Below, piece after piece: positions 1-10,186 of a DNA stretch of 64,000 nt. A program made the position numbers and the translations under genes. The notes under the pieces are model-generated. The model worked only from the letters and a program-made list of their open reading frames with translations. It did no database searches and was not told the origin of the DNA. This stretch comes from Zhongshania sp. (lineage in GTDB: Bacteria; Pseudomonadota; Gammaproteobacteria; Pseudomonadales; Spongiibacteraceae), in NCBI GenBank assembly GCA_047624025.1, contig JBLHPB010000002.1:910-64909 (forward strand), written 5' to 3'. Each line of letters starts with the position of its first letter. Within the stretch, counting starts at the first letter, position 1.

Positions 1-298
1 CAAAGATAATGGCCTGCATACCCGAGCCGCACACTTTATTGATGGTGGTGGCTTGGACTGAGCGAGGTAGTCCTGCGGCTAGTGCGGCTTGGCGAGCGGG
101 GGCTTGGCCCAAACCGGCGGGAAGTACGCAGCCCATATAGATGCGATCGATCTGATCGGCATTGACACCTGAGCGTGCAACAGCGGCTTTAACCGCGGCG
201 GCGCCGAGGTCAGTTGCTTTTACCGAGGCAAAGTCACCTAGTAAGCCACCCATAGGAGTGCGGGCATAGGAGGCGATAACGATTGGATCTGAAGGCAT
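1..298 (-). CDS. Thiolase (acetyl-CoA C-acyltransferase), N-terminal part; runs off the window edge
   Basis: Manual translation from ATG at 298: MPSDPIVIASYARTPMGG...GQAPARQAA...TINKVCGSGMQA, with thiolase RTP, GQxPARQA and catalytic NKVCGSG motifs. Not in the ORF track. Confidence 0.93.
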   Translation of the reverse strand, partial: MPSDPIVIASYARTPMGGLLGDFASVKATDLGAAAVKAAVARSGVNADQIDRIYMGCVLPAGLGQAPARQAALAAGLPRSVQATTINKVCGSGMQAIIF

Positions 299-788
299 AG
301 GATGTTCCCTCTGGAGCAATGAAAAGTGGCTGAGTTGAAGTGTGCAATTATAGCGAATTGGCTTCTTAATGACTTTACCAATTTTAATTGTACATCAGTG
401 TTGATATGCCTGTGATCATTGTAATATTTTGTTGTATTTGGTGGTTTGGAAGGGCATTAAATTGGAGTAGTACCGATGTTATTTATTTTTTCCTCTGAAA
501 TCGTCTGGAAGTTGATTTTTCGAGTGTAATATTATGTCAGTAAATTGTAAGCCAAAATCATTGTTGATCATGCCTAGCTACGGGATTATATGCCGCTGTA
601 ATGACTTGATATAATGAATATCAATCGTGTCTGTTTTACCGAAGACTAAAATATTTTTCGCCAAGTCCCTCGCGAGATGTTTAAAGAATAGCTGGGTAGG
701 GTTATTGCCTGGGCTGATGAGGGATTTGGTGGCTTGGGGTGCGTTCGGTTTTCGGCCGTTAAACGTGCCAAATTAAATGACATTAATG

Positions 789-803
789 TGAGCAAATTGC
801 TCA
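789..803. promoter_or_regulatory. Perfect 7-1-7 inverted repeat TGAGCAA-A-TTGCTCA, candidate operator
   Basis: Seen directly, 22 nt upstream of the SDR start in a divergent intergenic region. Confidence 0.35.
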
Positions 804-825
804 AAATATAAAGCGAGGAGAAATA

Positions 826-1599
826 ATGGATATTCAAGGTAAAGTCGCCATCGTCACCGGTGGCGCTTCTGGTTTGGGCGAAGGAACCGTGCGGGCTTAC
901 GTGGCCAAGGGCGCAAAAGTTGCCATTTTCGACATGAACGCTGAGCGCGCTAATGCGATTATTGCCGAGTTGGGCGCCGAAAACGTCAGCTTCAATAATG
1001 TCAATGTCGCTGATGAAGATTCTGTCAAAGTGGCTATCGACGATGTGATTGCTCGCTATGGCGCAGTGCATATTTGTAATAATTATGCAGGTATTGGCAA
1101 TGCCATTAAAACCTTTGGCAAAGCAGGGGCGTTTCCGCTCGATGCCTATAAGCATGTGATTAACGTCAATCTGGTTGGCACCTTCAATGTCTGTCGTTTA
1201 GTGGCCGAGCAAATGGCTAAGAACGAGCCCTATGACGGCGACAATGCACGGGGCGTTATCATCAATACAGCATCAGTCGCTGCCTATGAAGGTCAGGTGG
1301 GTCAGGTTGCTTACAGTGCCTCTAAAGGCGGTATTGTGGCAATGACTTTGCCGATGGCCCGCGATTTGGCATCTTACGGCATTCGTGTGTGCACCATTGT
1401 GCCGGGGCTTATTCACACTCCGCTGTTTGATATGCTGCCAGAGCCTGCTTATAAATCTTTGGAAAACAGTGTGGTTAACCCCAAGCGTTTGGGGCGCCCA
1501 GATGAGATTGCCCACCTGTCGGTCATGATGGCAGAAAACGAATACATGAATGGTGAGTGTATCCGCCTCGATGGCGCCATTCGTATGCAGCCTCGTTAA
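826..1599 (+). CDS. SDR, 3-hydroxyacyl-CoA dehydrogenase type II (HSD17B10-like)
   Basis: TGGASGLG, NTASVAAYEGQVGQVAYSASKGG, C-terminal RLDGAIRMQPR; GAGGAG RBS. Confidence 0.93.
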   Translation: MDIQGKVAIVTGGASGLGEGTVRAYVAKGAKVAIFDMNAERANAIIAELGAENVSFNNVNVADEDSVKVAIDDVIARYGAVHICNNYAGIGNAIKTFGKAGAFPLDAYKHVINVNLVGTFNVCRLVAEQMAKNEPYDGDNARGVIINTASVAAYEGQVGQVAYSASKGGIVAMTLPMARDLASYGIRVCTIVPGLIHTPLFDMLPEPAYKSLENSVVNPKRLGRPDEIAHLSVMMAENEYMNGECIRLDGAIRMQPR

Positions 1600-1660
1600 G
1601 CATGTGCTAATCCCTGCCCCCAATAGGGGGCTTTCTAAATCTAATAAAAAAGGATCGCTG

Positions 1661-2443
1661 ATGAGTGCTTTACAGACCGTAGTGGTAAGTCGACAAGGTC
1701 ATGTGGCGACCATCCTTCTCAACCGTCCGGAATCGCTTAACTCCTTTAATCGAGTGTTGCGTTGTGAATTATATGAGGCCTTGCAGTCAGTTGCCTCGAA
1801 CAGTGATATTCGCGTAGTGGTGTTGGGGGGCGTCGGTCGCGGCTTCTCGTCGGGTGCAGATTTAAATGAGGGGCTATTGCCTGGGCAGACGGTTGACGGC
1901 ATCCTGATGGATGAATACTGGCCCACCCTGAAGCTGCTTGCTGACATGGATCAAACCGTGATTGCCGCCAATCCAGGTGTTATGGCCGGTATTGGCTGTG
2001 CCTTTGCATTGAACTGCGATCTATCTGTGATGGCGGAGCAGGGCAGTATGATCATGGCGTTCACAAATATCGGTTTGGTGCCAGACGGTGGTTTAACGTC
2101 GATCTTAATCCAAAAATTAGGTTATCAGCGCGCCTATAAATTGATTGCTGAAGGTGGTCGGCTGGATGCCCAGGGTTGCTTGGATGCGGGTCTTATTACG
2201 CGTTTAGCGCCTGCTGAGAATGTGCTGGAAACTGCCCAGCAATGGGCTGCGGAGTTGGCTCAGCGCCCGCCGATTGCACTGCGTGAAGCCAAGCAGCTGT
2301 TGCGTAATGCCAGCACTCAAAGCTATGCAGAAGTTGTGGTGGCTGAAGCTAAAGCTCAGATCAGGTGTATCGCCACGGAAGATTCCCAAGAAGCTGTATT
2401 GGCATTTATAGAAAAGCGCTCCGCAGTGTTTTGGGGCCGCTAA
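1661..2443 (+). CDS. Enoyl-CoA hydratase/isomerase (crotonase family)
   Basis: LNRPESLN, FSSGADL, GLVPDGG, FIEKR motifs; start moved to ATG 1661 after AAGGA. Confidence 0.9.
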   Translation: MSALQTVVVSRQGHVATILLNRPESLNSFNRVLRCELYEALQSVASNSDIRVVVLGGVGRGFSSGADLNEGLLPGQTVDGILMDEYWPTLKLLADMDQTVIAANPGVMAGIGCAFALNCDLSVMAEQGSMIMAFTNIGLVPDGGLTSILIQKLGYQRAYKLIAEGGRLDAQGCLDAGLITRLAPAENVLETAQQWAAELAQRPPIALREAKQLLRNASTQSYAEVVVAEAKAQIRCIATEDSQEAVLAFIEKRSAVFWGR

Positions 2444-2528
2444 GTCTTGGTTCTTACTTAGGCAAAGATCGAAAAAATATTCGGGCCTAGCTAGATATGG
2501 CCTTTGTTGATAAATAGGAGATGCTCCA

Positions 2529-3293
2529 ATGAGCGATGCAGTTTTAGTCAGTGTTGAAGATGGTGTCATGATCGTCACAATTAATCGTCCTAAAGCCAAG
2601 AATTCAGTCAACCTGGATGTGGCCAAGGGCATCGCCGCCGCGATGCAGGAACTGGATGCTAACGACGGCATCCGTGCCGCCATTCTTACCGGCGCCGACA
2701 ATACATTTTGTGCCGGTATGGATCTGAAGGCTTTTGTCACCGGTGAGCTACCAATGATTGAGGGCAGAGGTTTTGCAGGCTTGTGTGAGCAGGGTCCCAA
2801 AAAGCCCTTGATCGCCGCGGTTGAAGGCTATGCCTTGGCCGGGGGTTGTGAGCTGGCGCTGAGCTGCGACCTGATTGTGGTTGCCGATAATGCCAAGTTT
2901 GGTATACCTGAAACCAAGCGCGGTTTGGTTGCTGGTGCCGGTGGTTTGATGCGTCTGCCACGGCAAATTCCTTCCCGTATTGCCATGGAGTTGGCCTTAA
3001 CCGGTGACTTTATTGACGCCACGCGCGCCTATGAGTTGGGGCTGGTAAATCGTGTTGTTGCCGCGGGTGGCGCTTTGGAAGGGGCCAAGAGTCTGGCTAA
3101 ATCGATTGCGGCAAATGGTCCTATGGCTGTGCTCGCTTCCAAGCAGATTGTTAACGAGTCGCAAGACTGGTCAAGCGAGGAGATGTTTGCCAAGCAATCG
3201 GTCATTGCCAATGCTGTTTTTTCCAGCCATGACGCTATTGAAGGCGCAACCGCGTTTGCAGAGAAGCGGGCGCCTAACTGGAAGGGTAAGTAA
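2529..3293 (+). CDS. Enoyl-CoA hydratase (crotonase family)
   Basis: FCAGMDLK, ALAGGCELALSCD, FGIPE, FAEKRAPNWKG. Confidence 0.93.
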   Translation: MSDAVLVSVEDGVMIVTINRPKAKNSVNLDVAKGIAAAMQELDANDGIRAAILTGADNTFCAGMDLKAFVTGELPMIEGRGFAGLCEQGPKKPLIAAVEGYALAGGCELALSCDLIVVADNAKFGIPETKRGLVAGAGGLMRLPRQIPSRIAMELALTGDFIDATRAYELGLVNRVVAAGGALEGAKSLAKSIAANGPMAVLASKQIVNESQDWSSEEMFAKQSVIANAVFSSHDAIEGATAFAEKRAPNWKGK

Positions 3294-3343
3294 ATCCAGT
3301 TCTGGATGTGCGAGTTGACCGTTACCAATAGAGAGAATATGCC

Positions 3344-4576
3344 ATGACAGAAATTTGGATCATTGATGCCTGCCGCACCCCGCGCGGAATTGGAAAGTTA
3401 GGCAAAGGCGCCCTAGCAGATATCCACCCCCAGCAACTGGGTGCGACCGTACTGAAAGCCATTGCTGAGCGCAATAATCTCAACACCGCAGAAGTGGACG
3501 ATATTATCTGGGGTACCAGTTCCCAGCGCGGCACTCAAGGCGGCGATCTGGGGCGTATGGCGGCGCTCACGGCCGGCTATGATGTGCGCAGCAGTGCGGT
3601 GACCTTGGATCGTTTTTGCGGCTCAGGTATTACCGTCGTTAACTTGGCTGCCGCCACTATTGGCGCTGGGTTTGAAGAGTGTGTGATTGCCGGTGGCACC
3701 GAGATGATGTCGACCTATGGTAATGGCAATGACGCGTCGCCGTTTATGGATTCAGGCAATTTGCTGCTGCGTGAATTGCATCCCCAGCCTCATCAAGGGG
3801 TTTGTGCTGATGCTATTGCGACGTTGGAAGGAATCTCGCGACAGTCGCTGGATGAATTGGCGGTTGTCAGCCAAGAGCGCGCGGCAGCGGCTATTGCTGG
3901 CGGTCACTTTGATAAAAGTCTGGTACCGGTTTACCGTGCCGATGGCAGCTTGGCCTTAGATAAAGAAGAGTTTCCGCGCCCCGGCACGACCTTGGCGGCG
4001 TTGTCTGAGCTTCGTCCCGCGTTTGAGAAAATCGCCAATATACCTTTGGATGAAGCGGGTACGACGTATGGTGGTCTTATTCACAAGGTGTATCCGGATT
4101 TAAAAATCAGCCACGTCCACCACGGTGGTAACTCTTCTGGTGTGGTCGATGGTGCGGGTGCTATCTTGCTGACCTCGCCCGAATACGCCAAAAAGAATGG
4201 CCTTAAGCCCCGTGCTCGTATTGTCGCCATGGCCAATATGGGTGATTCGCCCACGCTTATGCTCAACGCGCCAGTGCCGGCAACCAAAAAGGTATTGGCC
4301 AAAGCCGGTTTGTCGATTGACGATATCGATCTGTTTGAGATCAACGAGGCTTTTGCGGTCGTGGCTGAGAAATACATTCGCGACCTCAAACTGGATCGTA
4401 ACAAAGTCAATGTTAATGGCGGCGCCATGGCGCTGGGTCACCCCATTGGTGCAACGGGCACCTTGCTTATTGGCACGCTGCTGGATGAGTTGGAGCGTCG
4501 CGATTTAAAGCGTGGTTTGGTCACCATGTGTGCGGCGGGTGGAATGGCACCTGCCATTATTATCGAGCGCATCTAA
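3344..4576 (+). CDS. Thiolase (acetyl-CoA C-acetyltransferase family)
   Basis: DRFCGSG, EINEAFA, GHPIGATG, MCAAGG catalytic motifs. Confidence 0.95.
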   Translation: MTEIWIIDACRTPRGIGKLGKGALADIHPQQLGATVLKAIAERNNLNTAEVDDIIWGTSSQRGTQGGDLGRMAALTAGYDVRSSAVTLDRFCGSGITVVNLAAATIGAGFEECVIAGGTEMMSTYGNGNDASPFMDSGNLLLRELHPQPHQGVCADAIATLEGISRQSLDELAVVSQERAAAAIAGGHFDKSLVPVYRADGSLALDKEEFPRPGTTLAALSELRPAFEKIANIPLDEAGTTYGGLIHKVYPDLKISHVHHGGNSSGVVDGAGAILLTSPEYAKKNGLKPRARIVAMANMGDSPTLMLNAPVPATKKVLAKAGLSIDDIDLFEINEAFAVVAEKYIRDLKLDRNKVNVNGGAMALGHPIGATGTLLIGTLLDELERRDLKRGLVTMCAAGGMAPAIIIERI

Positions 4577-4594
4577 TTAGCTAAATATCAATGC

Positions 4595-4621
4595 AAGGGC
4601 AGCTTTGAGCTGCCCTTTTTT
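4595..4621 (+). terminator. Rho-independent terminator
   Basis: AAGGGCAGCT-TTG-AGCTGCCCTT hairpin followed by a T tract. Confidence 0.8.
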
Positions 4622-4810
4622 ATGAGTGATACAGATTATAGCGATGGCAATGCCATGCTGACGCGGGCTCGCCATTGAATTGTCAGTCGTGAACACAAAT
4701 ATATTTGCGTAAGCACTATCGAATACCCCGTCTCTGGATTATGCTCCTCGTCCAATTTTCCGCCACTTGCATTGGCGGTGCTTTACATCTTAATCACTTG
4801 CTAATATGTA

Positions 4811-7800
4811 GTGGTTTGCGATTATCTGGCGGGGCTTGGCTTTACTATTGTGATTACCTGGAAGATCGTTAAGAAGAGCATTTTGTACGTCACACTGCTT
4901 GTCATTGTGGCGCTAATAGCGGTAGGAGTTTTTGAGTATAAGACTTCGTATTTTCAGTCGAACTATTTCACCAAGCTGGCGGCCAGTCTCAATTTTGAAA
5001 TTAAAGAGGGGCCCTCCGACAATATCTGGTTTCCTAATCACGGCCCCTACAATATTCAGAATGGTTATACCCGACTAGCGGATATAAGTGCCCGCCTACA
5101 GAGAAATGGCTATACCATCAGTCATCAATCACGGTTCTCCGATCCGTTACTAGAATACAGTCGCTGGGGTGGCAATCCGCCTTATCAAACCCCGTTGCAG
5201 ACGGGCTTGACGATTTTTGGTGACAAGGGCGATACACTCTTCTCCTCTCGTGAGCCAGAAAACATCTACCGCAGTTTTGTAGACATCCCAGCACTGCTTT
5301 TAAAATCTTTGTTGTTTATTGAAAATCGCGAATTACTCGTTGAAAGAAGTCCCACCAAGAATCCGGTGGTGGAGTGGGATCGCTTGGCGCAGGCAGCCCT
5401 CTCGCGGGCCCTAAACCCCGGAGAATCTGGCCCAGGCGGCAGCACTCTAGCAACCCAAATGGAGAAATACCGCTACTCGCCGAGAGGCCTGACCAATGAC
5501 CACAATGAAAAGCTGCGTCAGTTGGTGTCGGCTAGCGTGCGTTATTACAACTCGGGCATGGCCAGCCGAGATGCCAGAAAGTCAATCGTCTTGAGCTATC
5601 TGAATTCAACGCCGCTTTCCGGTCGCGCTGGCTACGGCGAGATTCACGGCATGGGCGATGGCTTAAAACAGTGGTATGGCTACGATTTTAATTACGCCAA
5701 CCGGGTTTTGACTGCGCCAGTTGACAGCGTTGGTCTCAATGAAAAAGCGAGAGTGTATAAGGCTGCTTTGAGTTTGCTGCTGTCTCAGCGCAGACCCTCC
5801 TTTTACCTTCTTGGTGGCCGCGCCGAACTCGAGGATTTGACTACTGCTTATCTGCGTGTTTTAGCCAAAAACGGCGTTATTAGTGAATCGTTGAGGGACG
5901 CCGCAATGGCGCAGCCGCTGAGTTTTGTTGAGCGGAAAAGCTTGCTGTCGCCCACCCCTTACGTCATGAGAAAAGCCGTCAATAATGTGCGCAAGGAACT
6001 ACTGGCACGCTTGGGCGTCAATAGTTTGTACACCCTTGATAGACTGGACTTGAGTGTTAAAACCACCATCGCTGGTGACACTCAAGCCAAAGTCGAAGGC
6101 CTGTTGAAGCAAGCCACTAATCTCGATTACGCTAAAAGCTCAGGTTTGCTCGGTGACAGGTTGCTGCGGGAGGGACAGCTTAGCGCCCTGAGCTATAGCG
6201 TGCTGCTTTATGAGCGCACACCCGGTGGCAATGTGCTGCGGGTGCAGACTGATAATATGAATATGCCTTTTGATATGAATACCGGTTCGAAATTGGATCT
6301 CGGTTCCACAGCAAAACTGCGTACATTGATCAGTTATCTCGAAATTATTGAAAATGTTTACAATAAATATCGTGAACTATCCCGTAAAGAGCTGATGTTT
6401 GCCCGTAGCGTTGCGGAAGATCCATTGCGACAGTGGGCATTAGATCAACTTATTGCTAACGCTAAAATTGAATTATTGCCGCTACTTAATGCGGCTATGC
6501 AGCGTAGCTACTCCGCCAGCCCTGGCGAATCTTTTTTTACGGCGGGAGGCCTACACAGATTTCATAACTTCGATAAATCAGATAATTCGCGGGTTCTCAC
6601 CGTTGCCGACGCCTTAAATCGCTCAGTTAATCTGGTTTTTATTCGCATGATGCGCGATGTGGCCCGTTACTACATCATGGAGATTCCGGGCTCACGTGAG
6701 GTTCTACTCGACCGCGCAGAGCCACGTCGCAAAGATTATCTGCATCGCTTTGCCGAGTTGGAAGGTAATATTTATCTCAATCAGTTTTACAAACAATATC
6801 AAAAACTGAACGATACAGAAATCATTGCTCACCTTGCTAGTCGCACCAAGCCCTTTCCTGGTCGACTAACGGTGACTTTCCGCTCGGTGCGCCCCGATGC
6901 TGATCAGGCTGCTTTAACAGAATTTTTGAAATTGCGTCTGACTTCAGCTGAACTCGCCAACGTTGATATTGCCAAGCTGTATAATCAATACGATCCAGAT
7001 CGTTTTAACAGCAATGACCGAGCGTACCTAGCGCGAATGCACCCACTGGAGTTGTGGCTGGTAAAATATTTACTGGATAGTCCTGATATTGCTCATAGTA
7101 AAATGTTGGAAGCTAGCGCAGCAATTCGCCAGGATGCCTATTCTTGGCTGACCAAGTCCCGCAAGCAGCGCGCCCAAGACCGCAGCATACGCATACTCCT
7201 TGAGCGTGATGCCTTTATTGCCATACATCGGCAGTGGCTAAAGCTTGGCTACCCCTTTAGCAGTCTGGTGCCGTCCCTGGCTAGTGCGCTTGGGGCGTCG
7301 GCAGATCGACCTTCGGCCCTAGCCGAGTTAATGGGAATTCTGGTGAATGATGGCGTAAGAATTCCCTTTCGCCAAATTGACAGTCTGCACTTTGCTCAAG
7401 GTACACCCTATGAAACCAGTTTCGCTTACGCGCCTGCAGCAGCGCAGCGCGTACTATCTACGGAAATAAGCCAGACCGTACGCAATGCCTTAGCGGGTGT
7501 GGTGGAAAACGGCACTGCCCGACGCCTAAAGGGTTTGTTTGTTGACGCAAATGGCCAAGCGATTCAAGTCGGTGGTAAAACTGGCACCGGTGATCATCGC
7601 ATGAAATCCTACGGTGCTGGTGGGCGCCTTATTAGTGAGGAAGTAGTCAACCGCAATGCACTATTCAGTTTTTACATTGGTGATCGATTCTTTGGCGTTA
7701 TTCTCGCCCACGTGGGTGGGGCACAAGCCGCGGGATTTGAATTTACCAGTGGCTTGGCAACGCAATTACTGAAAATTATTCAGCCAGTGTTAGCGCCAAT

Positions 7801-7858
7801 GATGAGTGAGAATGGCAGTAGTGCGCCGCCAGTATCTCAAGGCAATAGCGCGCGGTGA
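4811..7858 (+). CDS. Large class A penicillin-binding protein-like protein (GT51 transglycosylase + transpeptidase)
   Basis: N-terminal TM; GT51-like IENR, GGSTLATQ, KSIVLSYLN; transpeptidase SxxK (GSTAK), SxN (SVN), KTG (GKTGTG). Start uncertain (GTG 4811 or 4850). Confidence 0.85.
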   Translation: MVCDYLAGLGFTIVITWKIVKKSILYVTLLVIVALIAVGVFEYKTSYFQSNYFTKLAASLNFEIKEGPSDNIWFPNHGPYNIQNGYTRLADISARLQRNGYTISHQSRFSDPLLEYSRWGGNPPYQTPLQTGLTIFGDKGDTLFSSREPENIYRSFVDIPALLLKSLLFIENRELLVERSPTKNPVVEWDRLAQAALSRALNPGESGPGGSTLATQMEKYRYSPRGLTNDHNEKLRQLVSASVRYYNSGMASRDARKSIVLSYLNSTPLSGRAGYGEIHGMGDGLKQWYGYDFNYANRVLTAPVDSVGLNEKARVYKAALSLLLSQRRPSFYLLGGRAELEDLTTAYLRVLAKNGVISESLRDAAMAQPLSFVERKSLLSPTPYVMRKAVNNVRKELLARLGVNSLYTLDRLDLSVKTTIAGDTQAKVEGLLKQATNLDYAKSSGLLGDRLLREGQLSALSYSVLLYERTPGGNVLRVQTDNMNMPFDMNTGSKLDLGSTAKLRTLISYLEIIENVYNKYRELSRKELMFARSVAEDPLRQWALDQLIANAKIELLPLLNAAMQRSYSASPGESFFTAGGLHRFHNFDKSDNSRVLTVADALNRSVNLVFIRMMRDVARYYIMEIPGSREVLLDRAEPRRKDYLHRFAELEGNIYLNQFYKQYQKLNDTEIIAHLASRTKPFPGRLTVTFRSVRPDADQAALTEFLKLRLTSAELANVDIAKLYNQYDPDRFNSNDRAYLARMHPLELWLVKYLLDSPDIAHSKMLEASAAIRQDAYSWLTKSRKQRAQDRSIRILLERDAFIAIHRQWLKLGYPFSSLVPSLASALGASADRPSALAELMGILVNDGVRIPFRQIDSLHFAQGTPYETSFAYAPAAAQRVLSTEISQTVRNALAGVVENGTARRLKGLFVDANGQAIQVGGKTGTGDHRMKSYGAGGRLISEEVVNRNALFSFYIGDRFFGVILAHVGGAQAAGFEFTSGLATQLLKIIQPVLAPMMSENGSSAPPVSQGNSAR

Positions 7859-7984
7859 CGTCCACTCAGAGAGTGCAGCGATTGCGGATACTGTTGTCCC
7901 TTTAGGCTAAGGTTTGGGTAAGCGGTTTCGACTGCCAGCTGCTATAGTGGGTCAGCTTTAGGTTTTAAACGAGGAGAGTAGGCT

Positions 7985-8365
7985 ATGTTCAGTCACATAA
8001 TGATCGGCGCAAATGATGTTCAGGCGTCTAAGAAATTTTACGATGCCATCTTGGCGACTATGGGCCATGAGCCCGGCGTGATAGATGAACGTGGTCGGTG
8101 TTTCTATTTCACTAAAACTGGTATTTTCGCCTTGACCGCGCCGATCAACGGTGAACCTTCGTCCTGCGGTAATGGCAGTACTGTTGGTTTTGCCGCTGAC
8201 AGCCCCGCAGTAGCGGATGCATGGCATGCGGCGGGTTTAGAGAATGGCGGTACTAGCTGCGAAGATGCGCCAGGTATACGCGAAGGTGCTCTAGGCAAGT
8301 TATATCTAGCATACCTACGCGACCCATCTGGCAATAAGGTGTGTGCCTTGCATCGGGTGGCTTGA
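7985..8365 (+). CDS. VOC/glyoxalase family protein
   Basis: MFSHIMIG...FYD...GNG..VGF...YLAYLRDPSGNKVCA; GAGGAG RBS. Confidence 0.9.
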   Translation: MFSHIMIGANDVQASKKFYDAILATMGHEPGVIDERGRCFYFTKTGIFALTAPINGEPSSCGNGSTVGFAADSPAVADAWHAAGLENGGTSCEDAPGIREGALGKLYLAYLRDPSGNKVCALHRVA

Positions 8366-8374
8366 TAGTGATTG

Positions 8375-8402
8375 TGCGGCCAGACTGCTGAGTCTGGCCG
8401 CA
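8375..8402. terminator. 12-bp stem hairpin after the VOC gene
   Basis: TGCGGCCAGACT-GCTG-AGTCTGGCCGCA; weak U tract. Confidence 0.55.
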
Positions 8403-8842
8403 ATTTGGCATTGCGGAATATTGATGTCTTAGTGTTGCGCGAAAAACGGCCCGGTATTATTACGCATAGTACATACAAATATCAGCTTGAAGCCCCGCAG
8501 AGTTAAGATGTTGGCGGCTTTTGATAGAGCACTTAGCAAGCTATAATCGAAATATTTTTCAGTTGCCAGTAATAAGCGGTGACGGCTTCTTGCGGTCCAT
8601 AAGCTGTAAATTGAAAGCATCTCGGTAAATTTCCAATAGACATAAAGCGCGGCTGCTCACCTCCTTGAGCCACAGAATAATACCCTCGAAACTCACATCC
8701 TCGTCGTGGGAGTCCTCCGAATGGATCATGCGGCCAGTTACAATCGCCGATATAATCCATCGCTTTGCAAATTAGGCATTTGATGAGCAGCATTCATCTG
8801 GCCGGGATTTGATTCGCCTGATTAATAAAGGACAGACACACA

Positions 8843-9628
8843 ATGGCTAGCGAGACGAATAAAATGGCGGCATTGCAGCGCTTTAGCGACAAAGTAGTTA
8901 TCGTTACCGGGGCTGGCTCGGGTATCGGCCAGGCCACCGCGATGAGAATGGCCACTGAGGGTGCAACGGTTATAGCTGTTGATATGAATGCCGAGGGTTT
9001 GGCGAAAACTGTAGCCAAAGCCGCTGATCTCAGTGGCAGTGTACGTGCCTACACTTGCTCAGTTGCGAGTGAGGATGAGGTCAAAGGCCTTATTGCTGAT
9101 GTTTTGAAAACTGAGGGACGAATTGATTCCTTAGTGAATATGGCCGGGATTTTACGCTCTGGACCCACCACCGAATTGACTTTGGATTTATTTCAGCAAG
9201 TGCTGAGTGTTAATTTAATCGGCACATTTCTATGCTGCCGTGAGGCTTTGCCTGCGCTGCTGGAAACCAAGGGAACGATTGTTAATGCAGCCTCCACATC
9301 GGCTCAGTTTGGTCATCCCTATATGGCGGCTTATGCGGCGAGTAAGGGTGGCGTTTATGCTTTAACACGGACCTTAGCGTGGGAATACCTCAAGCAAGGC
9401 GTGCGGGTGAATGCGGTTGCTCCCGGTGGCATAATGACACCAATGGTGACTGCTCAAGGTGAGAGCATGGGTGGCTTCGATTTTGATTTGTTCACGCATC
9501 TGTCCCGTCCTGATGGCAAGTTTGGTGCTCCGGAAAGTGTTGCCGCTGTTATCGCCATGTTAGCTTCCGAAGATGGCGCGCACATGACCGGTGAAGTGGT
9601 TAAGGTTGATGGCGGTGTTCATAACTGA
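8843..9628 (+). CDS. SDR family oxidoreductase
   Basis: TGAGSGIG, NMAG, YAASKGG, VNAVAPG, VDGG. Confidence 0.93.
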   Translation: MASETNKMAALQRFSDKVVIVTGAGSGIGQATAMRMATEGATVIAVDMNAEGLAKTVAKAADLSGSVRAYTCSVASEDEVKGLIADVLKTEGRIDSLVNMAGILRSGPTTELTLDLFQQVLSVNLIGTFLCCREALPALLETKGTIVNAASTSAQFGHPYMAAYAASKGGVYALTRTLAWEYLKQGVRVNAVAPGGIMTPMVTAQGESMGGFDFDLFTHLSRPDGKFGAPESVAAVIAMLASEDGAHMTGEVVKVDGGVHN

Positions 9629-10186
9629 TTTAGGACTTTGCTAAATCAGTTATGATTTGTAAAGTCGGCTCGCTTACCGGTGGCGCAATACGCTTTGTAC
9701 TGCGCAAAGGCGGGCTATCGAAATAAGCCGGTGATTAGAGACGGGCAGGGATGCCCTTTCAGTTGGGAGTGCAATTGAGCCATGTCCCATCAATAAGCTT
9801 GTTAAGCATAAAAACGCGGCGTAATTGCAGTAATGGTCATAGACCATACTGACGTCAATTGACCCGCCCACCTTCCTATGTTCAAGGTGCCGAAGACGGG
9901 CTTTATACCCTGTTTATTCGCACACAGCTGCTATTATTAGACGTGCTTTGCCACTCTGGCCTACCATGAAACCACCTGTACCGACACTTACTTCTTTGTA
10001 ACGATTAAGCCTGTGTAATATTGCCAGTTAACTCTCGATCTTTGATACTGATAATGCTACGTTTTCTGACCCGCTACCTAGTACTCGGCCAGTCTTTCGA
10101 AATAGTACAGTTTTCGCAACTCATTTATGCAATTCACTGGGTTGTACGTTTTTTTAACATAAATGTTTGACGTATAAGGATGTAAT

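Noticed and set aside
8649-8666. rRNA gene fragment
   Set aside because: The match to the 16S 3' end is only ~18 nt with no flanking rRNA similarity.
9629-10186. Long intergenic region before the RND operon as an ncRNA or gene remnant
   Set aside because: No convincing ORF, hairpin series or known RNA motif found by eye.
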